Notes: generated by a model not told the origin, from the letters alone. Counted from the stretch's first letter, positions 12,416 to 22,794 are shown. The stretch is DNA of 64,000 nucleotides from an uncultured Candidatus Saccharibacteria bacterium (GCA_964514595.1 CAZEQZ010000001.1:43914-107913); one strand, 5' to 3'. Program-made: numbers and translations.

Positions 12416-14914
12416 ATGCTAATGAAGGTTGTTAAAAAGAAACAATCCATATTTAATCGTCTTAGCCAGAATGCTAATGTGTCCCTAAGGAGTGCATCTC
12501 TGGTTTCGGAGCATTTCAGAGAGAAGAAAATATCTGCTGTTAGCCTATTTGTAGGAATACTTCTTAATGAGGAATGTATAGCCACTAGAACTATAGAAGA
12601 AATGGGCCTAGATAGGGGCGAAATTTTGAAAGATTTTTTCGATGGAAAGATAGTAGAGATAACAGGGGATACCTCTGTCAAAAGAGAACTATCGCTCTCC
12701 GCTGAGGTTCAGGATATATTCAGGAAGGCATTTGACTATGCGCAGAAGATGGCCCATGTGTATGTTGGTACTGAACATCTAATGTTAGCAATATTAAGCT
12801 CAGATAACCCAAAATTTTCTAGACTTGCGAGCTTCGGTTTAACATATAGATCTTTTAGAAAAGTTCTTGGGAAATTGGCAATGTACCCATTAGGAATACT
12901 TGCTAAGCCGAGAGACATTAATATGCAAAATCAGGGAGAAAGAGTTGTGGATTTTCTAGGAACAGATCTGGTAGAGCTTGGGAGGGAGGGAAGATTGGAT
13001 CCAGTGATAGGGAGGGAGGGTGAAATAGAACAGTTAATAAATATATTGAGTAGAAGAAAGAAGAATAATCCTTTGGTAATAGGTGAAGCGGGGGTTGGGA
13101 AAACGGTATTGGTAGAGGGTTTAGCTCAAAAAATAGCAGATGGCCATGTTCCTCCCTCTCTAAGGGAGATGAGAATAATATCTCTGGATGTTGCAAGCAT
13201 AATGGCAGGGAGTAGGATGAGAGGGGATGTTGAAGAAAAAGTTATGGCAATTGTCCAAGATGTGGTAACTAGTAATAATACAATACTTTTCATAGACGAA
13301 ATTCATAATATAGTCTCTCCTGGTATGCCGGGTACTTCATCTGATATAGCGTCTGTTCTCAAACCTGCACTTCTTCAAGATGATTTTAGGTGTATAGGGG
13401 CAACAACAAGTGATGAATATACGGCATATTTTGAAATGGATAATGCTTTGACAAGGAGATTCCAACCACTTTTCCTCAAAGAAGCATCTTTGGAGGATAC
13501 GGTAGAGATTTTAAAGAATGTCAAGCCAATACTAGAAGCGCATCATAATGTTAGGATTGCGGAGGGAGCATTGGCATCTGCAGCTTCCTTGTCCGATCGA
13601 TATGTGACAGATAGGTATCTTCCGGATAAAGCAATAGATCTGCTTGATGAGGCGGCAGCATCTAAAAGGCTTAAGATAGAGGCAGGATTTAAAGATCTGT
13701 CGGTCTTGATGACAGACATAAAGAGTGTGAGGGTCAAGAAGGAGGCGGAGATTCAAAAAGGGAGGATGGAGGAGGCATTAAATTTACAGAAAAAGGAGGA
13801 TTCTTTGGAACAAAAGATTGCTAAGTTAGAAGCACAGTGCCTAAAGAATAAGAAAAGTATTAGTAATGAGGTTAATACAGAGGACATTAGAAATGTTGTT
13901 TCTAAATGGACGGGAATACCTCTTAATACGTTAGGTAGTAAGGAGAAGAGTGCTCTTTTGAAATTAGAGAATAATTTGAAAAAGTATGTAGTTGGACAGG
14001 AAGAAGCATGTTCCTCTGTTGCTTCTGCCATAAAAAGAGCTAGAACAGGAATAATGGATTCTGATAGGCCGTGGGCTTCATTTCTTTTTCTCGGTCCCAC
14101 TGGTGTGGGGAAAACGGAGTTAGCAAAAGTTCTGACAAAGGAGCTTTTTGGAAATGAAAACAAATTAATACAGATAGATATGAGTGAGATGATGGAGATG
14201 CATAGTGTTTCTAAGTTAATAGGTTCTCCTCCAGGATATGTGGGTTTTCAACAGGGGGGATGGTTAACAGAAAGGGTTAAGAGAAATCCCCACTCAGTAA
14301 TACTTTTCGATGAAGTGGAGAAGGCTCATCCGGATGTATTAAATGTATTACTCCAGATATTAGAGTACGGTCATTTAATGGATGGAAGGGGTAGGAGAGT
14401 GAATTTTAAAAATACAGTTGTAATACTCACATCGAATATTGGAGCGGAAGAGATTAGTAAGGATAAGGTGTTAGGATTTGTAGGCAAGGGGGTAAAGGCT
14501 AGGTCGGATAAGGATATAGATAGTGCATATACATCAATGAAATCTATGTTATTAGAAGAGTTAAGGGACAATCTAAGGCCTGAACTCTTGAATAGGTTGG
14601 ATGACATAGTAATCTTTAGATCACTAACAAGGAGAGATGCTAGAAAGATAGTAAGACTTCTTCTTGGACAGCTGAATGGGAGATTGGTTGAAGAAAAAGT
14701 TAAAGTTGTCTTGGATAGTAAAGCTATTACATACATGATTGAGAATAGTTTTAGTGAGGAGTATGGGGCAAGGCCTTTAAGGAGGTTCTTGCAGGATAAG
14801 GTGGAAAATCTTCTAGCAGAGTACATGCTTAAGGAGAGTGTTAAGTTTGAGAAAGGGAAAGGGGTTGTGGTCAAAATGGTAGTTAAGGGGGATAATATAG
14901 TTATAGATAATTAA
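12416..14914 (+). CDS. clpC: ATP-dependent Clp protease ATPase subunit (ClpC type)
   Basis: Clp-N repeats (GTEHLML), GEAGVGKT, FIDEIH, PDKAIDLLDEA, GPTGVGKTE, FDEVEKAHPDV, YGARPLRR. Confidence 0.93.
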   Translation: MLMKVVKKKQSIFNRLSQNANVSLRSASLVSEHFREKKISAVSLFVGILLNEECIATRTIEEMGLDRGEILKDFFDGKIVEITGDTSVKRELSLSAEVQDIFRKAFDYAQKMAHVYVGTEHLMLAILSSDNPKFSRLASFGLTYRSFRKVLGKLAMYPLGILAKPRDINMQNQGERVVDFLGTDLVELGREGRLDPVIGREGEIEQLINILSRRKKNNPLVIGEAGVGKTVLVEGLAQKIADGHVPPSLREMRIISLDVASIMAGSRMRGDVEEKVMAIVQDVVTSNNTILFIDEIHNIVSPGMPGTSSDIASVLKPALLQDDFRCIGATTSDEYTAYFEMDNALTRRFQPLFLKEASLEDTVEILKNVKPILEAHHNVRIAEGALASAASLSDRYVTDRYLPDKAIDLLDEAAASKRLKIEAGFKDLSVLMTDIKSVRVKKEAEIQKGRMEEALNLQKKEDSLEQKIAKLEAQCLKNKKSISNEVNTEDIRNVVSKWTGIPLNTLGSKEKSALLKLENNLKKYVVGQEEACSSVASAIKRARTGIMDSDRPWASFLFLGPTGVGKTELAKVLTKELFGNENKLIQIDMSEMMEMHSVSKLIGSPPGYVGFQQGGWLTERVKRNPHSVILFDEVEKAHPDVLNVLLQILEYGHLMDGRGRRVNFKNTVVILTSNIGAEEISKDKVLGFVGKGVKARSDKDIDSAYTSMKSMLLEELRDNLRPELLNRLDDIVIFRSLTRRDARKIVRLLLGQLNGRLVEEKVKVVLDSKAITYMIENSFSEEYGARPLRRFLQDKVENLLAEYMLKESVKFEKGKGVVVKMVVKGDNIVIDN

Positions 14915-14923
14915 ATAAACAAT

Positions 14924-16267
14924 ATGAAATACGTATGCTCATCCTGTGGCTCGGAGTCTCTTAAATGGTCTGGAAAGTGTCCAGTATGCGACGAATGGGG
15001 GACACTTGAGGAGGTGAATGAGGTTTTGGAACAAACACAGAGGGCAAAGCCTGTAGTGCCATCCAACTATATGCCAATTAAAGAGGTTGGTAATAAGTCC
15101 TCTAGTGTTGGTGGGCGTATAGAGACAGGATATAAGGAACTAGATAGAGTCTTAGGGAAAGGAATAGTCGAAGGTGAGGTAATCCTACTTAGTGGTGAGC
15201 CGGGAGTTGGAAAATCAACCCTCCTTATGCAATTAGTTCTTAAGTTTGCTAAAAGAGGAAAGGTATTATATGTATGCGGTGAAGAATCCCCTGCGCAATT
15301 AAATTCGAGATTGGAAAGAATATCTTCTAAGAAATTAACGGAGAAAGAAAGGGGGAATTTCGTTTTAACAGAGGATGTGGTAGTTGAAAATATCGCAGAA
15401 CTTATAAAAAGTGATAACTTTGAACTTGTAGTAATTGACTCGATTCAAAGTATGAGCTCCCTCTCCTCAAAGGGATATCCTGGAAGTATTAGTCAGGTAC
15501 GAATAAGTGGTTCCGTATTAACAAGGGTCTCGAAAATGACGGGAGTGCCTATGTTCATAGTAGGGCAGATCAATAAAGGTGGAGATATTGCTGGGCCAAA
15601 AGTTTTGGAGCATATAGTGGATTGTGTTTTGTATATGGAAGGGGATCAATACAATCAGTATAGGATAGTTAGGAGTATGAAGAATAGGTTTGGCTCTACG
15701 AACGAGATAGGTGTATTCGAGATGCGAGGTGACGGATTAAAAGAGGTGGGGAATCCATCTTTGGTGTTCCTAGAGTCGGAGAGTAAGTCCTCTGGTAGCG
15801 CGATAGGGGCGGTTATTCAAGGTTCAAGGGTTGTTTTTGTTGAAGTTCAGGCATTAGTGGTAGAGAGGGAAAGTGAGGCTGGGCCATTAAGGAGAGTTGC
15901 TAATGGGATTAAAAAGCCAAGGCTTGATATGCTATGTGCTGTGATGTCCAGGAAAGGCAAAGTGTTTCTGGGAAATAAGGATGTGTTTGTGAATGTTGTA
16001 GGAGGAATTACTGTAAATGATCCAGCCATTGATTTGGCAATATGTGCGGCTATTAGATCTTCGGCAGAAGAAATAGTTCTTCCTAAGAGCACAATATATT
16101 TTGGAGAGGTAGGTCTTACGGGGGAGGTTAGAGGTACTTGGGGGGTGGATTCGGTTGTCTCCGAGGCAGTTAGGGCAGGTTATGAAGAGTTGGTAGTTGG
16201 AAGGATGAAGGTGGGGCAGGCTAAGAATCTGAAAATAAGGAAGGTCTCAAAAATCAGTACAATTTAA
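14924..16267 (+). CDS. radA: DNA repair protein RadA/Sms
   Basis: CxxC-x10-CxxC zinc finger, GEPGVGKST, KNRFG, Lon-like C-terminus (GEVGLTGEVR). Confidence 0.96.
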   Translation: MKYVCSSCGSESLKWSGKCPVCDEWGTLEEVNEVLEQTQRAKPVVPSNYMPIKEVGNKSSSVGGRIETGYKELDRVLGKGIVEGEVILLSGEPGVGKSTLLMQLVLKFAKRGKVLYVCGEESPAQLNSRLERISSKKLTEKERGNFVLTEDVVVENIAELIKSDNFELVVIDSIQSMSSLSSKGYPGSISQVRISGSVLTRVSKMTGVPMFIVGQINKGGDIAGPKVLEHIVDCVLYMEGDQYNQYRIVRSMKNRFGSTNEIGVFEMRGDGLKEVGNPSLVFLESESKSSGSAIGAVIQGSRVVFVEVQALVVERESEAGPLRRVANGIKKPRLDMLCAVMSRKGKVFLGNKDVFVNVVGGITVNDPAIDLAICAAIRSSAEEIVLPKSTIYFGEVGLTGEVRGTWGVDSVVSEAVRAGYEELVVGRMKVGQAKNLKIRKVSKISTI

Positions 16268-16412
16268 GCTCTATTTTTATTTTGCCTCCTAGATATCCAC
16301 CAGTTAGGTAACAGCTATATTTTACGTAACCCAGGCAGTACGCGTGCCCTGGGAGTGCTTTATAGTAAGTGCTTCCCAACGGACTGTGCCTATGTGGATA
16401 CAGTATATAGGG

Positions 16413-16441
16413 TTGACAATTATCATGCAAAAAGATATACT
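16413..16441 (+). promoter_or_regulatory. Sigma70 promoter of rho, giving a ~335-nt leader
   Basis: TTGACA (16413-16418), 17 bp, TATACT (16436-16441). Confidence 0.8.
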
Positions 16442-16783
16442 TTATACAGATCTTTCAAATATATGTGGATATCTTAGTTTTCTCCCTTTGTCTGGGGTGT
16501 CACAAGCACAACTGGGCAACAGGAAAAGATTAAGATATCTTCCGTCTCTTTCTCTCTCTATTTGTATTATGAATATAGCAAGAAGAAGATGGGAAACATG
16601 TATCATGTTCTTCGAGACTTTTCCTAATTTAAGGAAAAGAACCCGGGGTCGGTTGGGGCAGTACCGATCCCTTCTTCTTTATCCCATACGATTTTCAAAG
16701 TATTTGACATCTCATTTTGATTTCAATATACTTCAAATATCATATGGCTAAATAGCCCCATATTTTAATTCCCTAATAATCAA

Positions 16784-18049
16784 ATGGTTAAGAAAACTAA
16801 GAGTATTAAAGAATATGAGCAGATGAATCTTGCTGATTTACGCTCAGAAGCTCAAGATTTAAAACTTGAGAATTTTATGGAACTTCCAAAGAGAGAACTA
16901 ATTATTGAAATCCTAAAAAAATCAACGAATGATGAGGGATTTGTTTTTGTAGAGGGTATATTGGAGGTATTGAAGGATGGATCACACGGTCTTTTAAGGA
17001 CAGATGGGCTTCTTCCAGGAGATAATGATGTATATATATCTGGTTCTCAGATAAAGAAATTTAGTTTAAGAACAGGTGATGAAGTTGCTGGTCCAGCAAG
17101 ACTACCTAAAGAGAAAGAGAAATTTCTAAGTCTACTTAGGGTTGATACCGTATATGGAAAACCTGCTGCAGAGGCCGTAAAGAGGCCAAATTTCAGAAAA
17201 TTAACACCAATATTTCCTAAAAAACAGATTAAATTAGAAACAGATCAAGAGACAATATCTACTAGAATGATAGATTTATTATCACCAATAGGGTTTGGTC
17301 AGAGATCTATGGTTGTATCACCACCAAAGGCAGGAAAAACTTGGCTACTTAAAGATATAGCAGATGGGGTGGCTAAAAATCATCCAAAAGCTAAATTGAT
17401 AGTAGTACTAGTAGGGGAAAGGCCTGAGGAGGTAACTGATATGAAGAGGTTTGTTAAAGGAGAGGTATATGCCTCAAACTTTGATGAACTTCCAGAGCAT
17501 AACTGTAGGGTTGCAGAGATGGCACTTCAGAAGGCCATGAGGATGGTGGAGTGGGGTGAGGATGTGATTGTATTAATGGATAGTATTACTAGATTAGCAA
17601 GAGCATACAATATCACTATGCCCACATCTGGAAAAACACTCTCAGGAGGTTTTGATCCAGTAGCTTTGTATCCTCCAAAGAGATTTTTTGGTGCAGCCAG
17701 AAATTTCGAAGAGCAAGGAAGTCTCACAATTATAGCTACTGCTTTGGTAGAGACAGGAAGTAGGATGGATGATTTAGTATATGAGGAGTTTAAAGGTACT
17801 GGTAATATGGAACTCCACTTGGACAGAAAACTAGCTAATAAGAGAATATATCCTTCAATTGATGTGATTAGTTCAGGTACTAGAAATGAAGAGCTACTTT
17901 TAGGAAAAGAGGTTCTAAATCAATCATGGAGAATTAGAAGAATGTTGGAAGTGCTAGATTCCAATGAAGATCCAACCGATGTGTTGATTAGTAGGCTTAA
18001 GAAAACCAAGAGTAATGAAGAATTCCTAGCTACTCTGCATGAAGCATAG
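16784..18049 (+). CDS. rho: Transcription termination factor Rho
   Basis: DVYISGSQI, PPKAGKT, ERPEEVTDM, DSITRLARAYN, EEFKGTGNME. Confidence 0.98.
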   Translation: MVKKTKSIKEYEQMNLADLRSEAQDLKLENFMELPKRELIIEILKKSTNDEGFVFVEGILEVLKDGSHGLLRTDGLLPGDNDVYISGSQIKKFSLRTGDEVAGPARLPKEKEKFLSLLRVDTVYGKPAAEAVKRPNFRKLTPIFPKKQIKLETDQETISTRMIDLLSPIGFGQRSMVVSPPKAGKTWLLKDIADGVAKNHPKAKLIVVLVGERPEEVTDMKRFVKGEVYASNFDELPEHNCRVAEMALQKAMRMVEWGEDVIVLMDSITRLARAYNITMPTSGKTLSGGFDPVALYPPKRFFGAARNFEEQGSLTIIATALVETGSRMDDLVYEEFKGTGNMELHLDRKLANKRIYPSIDVISSGTRNEELLLGKEVLNQSWRIRRMLEVLDSNEDPTDVLISRLKKTKSNEEFLATLHEA

Positions 18050-18092
18050 ATAATTGATATAATATTAGGTATCAATTAACATATCTACTATC

Positions 18093-19466
18093 TTGGATAA
18101 AGATAATATTTCCGAAAATAAAAATATCTCTGGTTTAAGCTTTAGAGAGCTCTCTAATAGACGTATACAACAATACAGAAGTAGGAGTGATCTAGAAAGT
18201 TTTCTTTTTGTGGATGATGATATTAGCAAAGGAAGCACCCTTAAAAAACTAAGAAGATTCATCTATGAAGGATATATTAAACAGACGAATAAAAGGGGGG
18301 TATTCTCCTTCCTGTTCTCTCTTTTTGACTATACGTATGCAAGATTAAGGGTTTTGTTGATTCTTCTTTCCGTTATACTAGATATGTTCTTTAAATCATT
18401 TGAGAACATAAAGGATAACTTAACGAGAAGAATGTTCTGGGGAAGAGGTAATTTTCTTGGTTCTGCACTCCAGGTAGTGGCTTTTGTTTTAATATTTATA
18501 GTAGTCATTTCATATCTATATAGAAAACCTGTTGTTATTGTTGCTAGTGATGGACAGTTGGATAGAATAGGGGTTCCAGAAACGGACATCATGGTTATGA
18601 ATGCGTCCTTGAATACACTTGTCCCACAAGATAGGGCAAGAAGATCAGTTGAGCAGTATGTAGTTAAAGGAGGTGATACTTTAAGTACGATTGCAGAGTA
18701 CTACAGTATTAGTACAGAGTCTATACTATGGGCAAATAATATGACTGCTCGTGATTTCATAAAGCCTGGTCAAACTCTTGAAATACCTCCGAGTGATGGA
18801 GTTTTGGTTACAGTTGCTAAGGGTGATACATTAGCAGGTTTGGCAAAAAAATATGAGGCAAATGAACAATCTATAGCAGATTTTAACTGGTTAGACTATC
18901 CCTTTACGCTTGAAGAGGGGGCGAAACTATTTATACCAGATGGAAAGATGCCAGCTCCTCCAAAGCCAGTCATAGCATCCACTCCATCATTCTATGTCTC
19001 CAACCAGTATACTACTGCAAGTACAGCTGCTGCAGTTGGAGATCCAAATGTTGGTAGATTCATATCTTGGCCTGTTGCAGGTGGAGCAGGTGTAATATCA
19101 CAAGGGTACAGAGCATATCATAGGGCAATAGACATTGCATCTAGTGCAATGCCCAATATCGCGGCAGCGGCACCAGGTACAGTTATATTTGCTGGATGTA
19201 GTGGATACTGTCCTCCGTTAGGTTCCACATACGGGGGATCAGGTTATGCTTGGTCTATACAGATAGACCATGGTAATGGATATACCACATGGTATGCACA
19301 TCTAAAGAACATATATGTGAGGTCAGGGCAGTACGTTGGAAGAGGAGAGGCTATTGGCCAGATGGGTTCTACTGGTCGTTCAACGGGTGTACATCTCCAC
19401 TTCGAACTTAGGAATGGAGTAGGTTTTGGATCTCAGGTTAATCCATTAGGTTTTGGGAATTGGTAG
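18093..19466 (+). CDS. Membrane-anchored LysM + M23 peptidase (peptidoglycan endopeptidase)
   Basis: Two LysM repeats (YVVKGGDTLSTIA, VAKGDTLAGLA) and M23 motifs HRAID, YAHL, STGVHLHFE. N-terminal hydrophobic segments. Start codon uncertain. Confidence 0.92.
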   Translation: MDKDNISENKNISGLSFRELSNRRIQQYRSRSDLESFLFVDDDISKGSTLKKLRRFIYEGYIKQTNKRGVFSFLFSLFDYTYARLRVLLILLSVILDMFFKSFENIKDNLTRRMFWGRGNFLGSALQVVAFVLIFIVVISYLYRKPVVIVASDGQLDRIGVPETDIMVMNASLNTLVPQDRARRSVEQYVVKGGDTLSTIAEYYSISTESILWANNMTARDFIKPGQTLEIPPSDGVLVTVAKGDTLAGLAKKYEANEQSIADFNWLDYPFTLEEGAKLFIPDGKMPAPPKPVIASTPSFYVSNQYTTASTAAAVGDPNVGRFISWPVAGGAGVISQGYRAYHRAIDIASSAMPNIAAAAPGTVIFAGCSGYCPPLGSTYGGSGYAWSIQIDHGNGYTTWYAHLKNIYVRSGQYVGRGEAIGQMGSTGRSTGVHLHFELRNGVGFGSQVNPLGFGNW

Positions 19467-19474
19467 TTAGTACC

Positions 19475-19549
19475 CTACGTCCGATTTTGCAAATAACGTT
19501 GATCTGATAATCCCTATACACTTTCTTTTAACAAAATTTAATGTACTAT
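19475..19549 (+). repeat. Degenerate dispersed repeat, copy 1 (other copy at 44255-44329)
   Basis: Ungapped manual alignment, 44/75 identical, with blocks CTACGTCCGRTTT, CTATAC and TTTAATRTRCTAT. Confidence 0.6.
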
Positions 19550-19594
19550 AGGGGGAGGGTCAATCCAATATATCTGTGATATAATCTTGCTGTT

Positions 19595-19667
19595 GGGCTC
19601 ATAGTTCAGAAGGTAGAACATCGCATTCGCATTGCGAAGGTGGCTGGTTCGATTCCAGCTGAGTCCA
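19595..19667 (+). tRNA. tRNA-Ala(CGC)
   Basis: GGGCTCA/TGAGTCC with G3:U70, loop TTCGCAT, TGn-TATAAT upstream. Confidence 0.95.
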
Positions 19668-19679
19668 TATATATGATAT

Positions 19680-19753
19680 GGGCCTGTAGCTCAGCTGGCT
19701 AGAGCACATCGCTGGCAGCGATGGGGTCAGGGGTTCAAACCCCCTCAGGTCCA
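19680..19753 (+). tRNA. tRNA-Ala(GGC)
   Basis: GGGCCTG/CAGGTCC, loop CTGGCAG. Confidence 0.95.
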
Positions 19754-20187
19754 ATGTTGTCTTTCTCCAAATAATTCAGAATTAATCCAATATGTCTTTT
19801 ATCTTTCTCTTTATTTCTTTTTGCCTTCAGTTCTAATAAACTTTCTAATGATTGGAAAGGATATTTTTTTATGAAATGTACATCCTTATAAACACTTTCA
19901 AAGGTATATTCTCTGGGATCCCATTCGTCGTATATGCACAATTTTCCTTCTAGAAAAGGTATAACATTGGTATTATTTTGGTGATTATGTATAATTTCAC
20001 CAAATTCCTTTACCTTCTTCCATCCGCTATCGGAAACCAATATATCAATATCATTTATTTCCTCTATTGGCCTTATCCCCAAAGCATACATAATTCCAGA
20101 ACCCATAATAATATATTCGTCAGGATTCAAATTTAAACTATCTAGTTTTTTGAAGATAGGGTGACTCTTTAAATCTGTATTTTTCAT
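19735..20187 (-). CDS. Small nucleotidyltransferase-fold protein
   Basis: GSG...DIDILV motif and a C-terminal K...KD pattern. TATAAT lies 8 nt upstream of the ATG. Confidence 0.65.
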   Translation of the reverse strand: MKNTDLKSHPIFKKLDSLNLNPDEYIIMGSGIMYALGIRPIEEINDIDILVSDSGWKKVKEFGEIIHNHQNNTNVIPFLEGKLCIYDEWDPREYTFESVYKDVHFIKKYPFQSLESLLELKAKRNKEKDKRHIGLILNYLEKDNIGPEGV

Positions 20188-20336
20188 CTCTAGACATTAT
20201 ACATTCTTTTGTACACAATCATATATACAACCTTAATTTCGTTCCACAGCCACGTTCCACAAACCAACTAAACCCCATTCTTTTAATGTTTTCTTTTTTC
20301 CTGTAAAATATCCCAATCAAATATAAATAACCAACC

Positions 20337-22760
20337 ATGGAATACAATCCAAAAGAATTTGAACAAAAGTGGCAAGATAGGTGGTTCTCCGACCTGTCCT
20401 ATGAAGGAAAAGACTTTGATAAAAAGGGAAAATACTACCTCTTAGTAGAATTCCCATACCCATCTGGAGACAGTATGCACATGGGTCATACCAGAAACTA
20501 CTCCATGATGGATGTAGTGGCAAGATTAAGAAGAATGAAAGGCCAAAATGTCATATTCCCAATGGGTTGGGATGCATTCGGTCTCCCCACGGAAAACTAC
20601 GCTATTAAAGTAAAAAGACCCCCTCAGGAGATAACGAAGGAAAATGTAGAGAACTTCAAAAAGCAATTAAAAAGCTTAGGCTTAACATTTGATTGGAGTA
20701 GGGAGATTAATACAACGGATCCAGAGTACTACAAATGGACCCAATGGATATTCCTTAAGATGTATGAAAAAGGCCTAGCATACAAGACAGAAATGCCAAT
20801 TAATTGGTGTCCGAAATGTAAGGTGGGATGTGCAAATGAGGAAGTTATAGATGGCAAGCATGAAAGATGTGATACTCCAGTCGAAAGAAGAAACATCAGT
20901 CAATGGGTACTTAAGATAACGGAGTATGCAGACAGGCTAGATAAAGACCTGGATCTCACAGAGTATTGGGAAAGTGTAAAAACTAGACAAAGAAATTGGA
21001 TAGGGAAGAAAACATGGTATGACATAGAGTACGAAGTAGAGGGAACAGATCTTAAGATAAAGGTCTCAACAACAAGGCCAGATACTCAATTTGGAGCCAC
21101 ATTTGTTGTTATTGCTCCTGAGCATGAGATTATAGAGCAGTTAAAGAAATATATGGATGATAAGGCAGTCAAAGAGGTGGAGAAATATCAGGATGAGAGT
21201 AAAAAGAAATCAGAATTAGATAGAATTAGTGAAACACGAGAGAAGACTGGTGTAAATACTGGATTATTTGCCAAAAATAGCATAACCGGCCGAAGTATGC
21301 CAATATTCCTTGCGGACTTTGTTCTAACAACGGTTGGGACTGGTATGGTGGTAGGAGTGCCTGGACATGACTTGAGAGATTTCGAATTTGCTCAGAAATT
21401 TAATATTCCTGTAATTAGGGTAATAGAGGGACCCAATGGTGATAGGTCTGATATAGATAAAATAGAAAAAGTATACGAAGGGGAGGGGATTGTTTTCAAC
21501 TCGGGGTTTTTGGACGGGATTAGCAGTGAAGGTGCTAGAGTGGAAGTGGGGAAGTATATAAAGAAGAAGGGTATAGGAGATATAGTTGTTAGATATCACC
21601 TTCGTGATTGGATATTTTCTAGACAGCATTATTGGGGAGAGCCAATCCCTATAGTTTTTTGTGATAAATGTGGAGAAGTAGCTGTTCCGGAAGATCAATT
21701 ACCTGTGGAACTGCCAGTTGTTGAAAGTTACGAACCAACAGATACGGGGGAATCGCCGTTGGCAAATATTACCCAATGGGTCAATACACAATGTCCGAAA
21801 TGTGGTGGTCCTGCAAGAAGGGAAACAGACACAATGCCTAATTGGGCTGGTTCTAGTTGGTATTTCCTAAGATATATAGACCCGAAGAATTCGGACATAC
21901 TTGCTGATCCTGACAAGTTAAAATACTGGCTTCCAGTTGATCACTATGAAGGCGGTTCTGAACATGTTACTCTCCATCTTCTGTACTCCAGATTTTGGCA
22001 CAAATTTCTATATGATATAAATGTTGTACCAACACCAGAACCTTATCACAAAAGGACAATTCACGGTATTGTGTTAGGAGAAGGTGGAGTAAAGATGTCA
22101 AAATCATTGGGAAATGTAATTAACCCAGATGACCTAATAGAAAAATATGGTGCAGATGTAACAAGAGCATATATGATGTTTATGGGTCCATATGAAGGAG
22201 ATGTATCGTGGAATACCGAAACCATAAATGGGGTTAAAAGATTTGTGACAAAGTACTACAGGTTCCTATTATACGCTTGGGGAAATAAAGGGGAAAGTAC
22301 CCTGAAGGAACAGAAGGCCGTTGCAAGGCTAATCAAAAGAGTAGAGAGAGACATACTAGACTTCAAATTCAATACAAGTATTTCTGCTCTTATGGAATTC
22401 TTTAATGAATTCCACGAATCAACCTTCTCGAAAGAAGATTTAGAGAAATTGATGGTATGTGTGGCACCGATTTTACCACATCTGGCAGAAGAGATTTGGG
22501 AGAAAACAGGACATGACTATAGCGTCCATATGCAAACTTGGCCCAAGATTGATGAAAAACTTCTCGAAGAAGACGAAATAGAGATACCAGTTCAAATTAA
22601 TGGAAAGGTTAGAGGAAAGTTGAAAGTTTCAACAGATTTGAACGAAAAAGAAGTACAAGAGAAAGCGTTGTCAGAAAAGGCTTTTGAGGCATACTTGCAA
22701 GGTGGCAACATAAAGAAATTTATATATGTCCCGGGCAGAATAATTAATGTTGTTGTATAG
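20337..22760 (+). CDS. leuS: Leucine--tRNA ligase
   Basis: FPYPSG..HMGH, GWDAFGLP, editing domain TTRPDT / GTG..VPGHD, SRQHYWG, KMSKS. Confidence 0.98.
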   Translation: MEYNPKEFEQKWQDRWFSDLSYEGKDFDKKGKYYLLVEFPYPSGDSMHMGHTRNYSMMDVVARLRRMKGQNVIFPMGWDAFGLPTENYAIKVKRPPQEITKENVENFKKQLKSLGLTFDWSREINTTDPEYYKWTQWIFLKMYEKGLAYKTEMPINWCPKCKVGCANEEVIDGKHERCDTPVERRNISQWVLKITEYADRLDKDLDLTEYWESVKTRQRNWIGKKTWYDIEYEVEGTDLKIKVSTTRPDTQFGATFVVIAPEHEIIEQLKKYMDDKAVKEVEKYQDESKKKSELDRISETREKTGVNTGLFAKNSITGRSMPIFLADFVLTTVGTGMVVGVPGHDLRDFEFAQKFNIPVIRVIEGPNGDRSDIDKIEKVYEGEGIVFNSGFLDGISSEGARVEVGKYIKKKGIGDIVVRYHLRDWIFSRQHYWGEPIPIVFCDKCGEVAVPEDQLPVELPVVESYEPTDTGESPLANITQWVNTQCPKCGGPARRETDTMPNWAGSSWYFLRYIDPKNSDILADPDKLKYWLPVDHYEGGSEHVTLHLLYSRFWHKFLYDINVVPTPEPYHKRTIHGIVLGEGGVKMSKSLGNVINPDDLIEKYGADVTRAYMMFMGPYEGDVSWNTETINGVKRFVTKYYRFLLYAWGNKGESTLKEQKAVARLIKRVERDILDFKFNTSISALMEFFNEFHESTFSKEDLEKLMVCVAPILPHLAEEIWEKTGHDYSVHMQTWPKIDEKLLEEDEIEIPVQINGKVRGKLKVSTDLNEKEVQEKALSEKAFEAYLQGGNIKKFIYVPGRIINVVV

Positions 22761-22794
22761 CCATTTTTTAGATGTAAAAATTTGAGCAAAATCC

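Noticed and set aside
16344-16751. 135-aa ORF upstream of rho
   Set aside because: It spans a consensus promoter and hairpin-rich leader, has atypical composition and no recognisable motif.
20205-20265. ttgtacaca and two cgttccaca copies as DnaA boxes (oriC)
   Set aside because: Only 7-8/9 matches, no dnaA or dnaN nearby, and no sustained change in G/C skew visible by eye.
20190-20336. T-box riboswitches before the aminoacyl-tRNA synthetase genes
   Set aside because: No GGTGGnACC T-box motif before leuS; argS, proS and trpS have essentially no leader.
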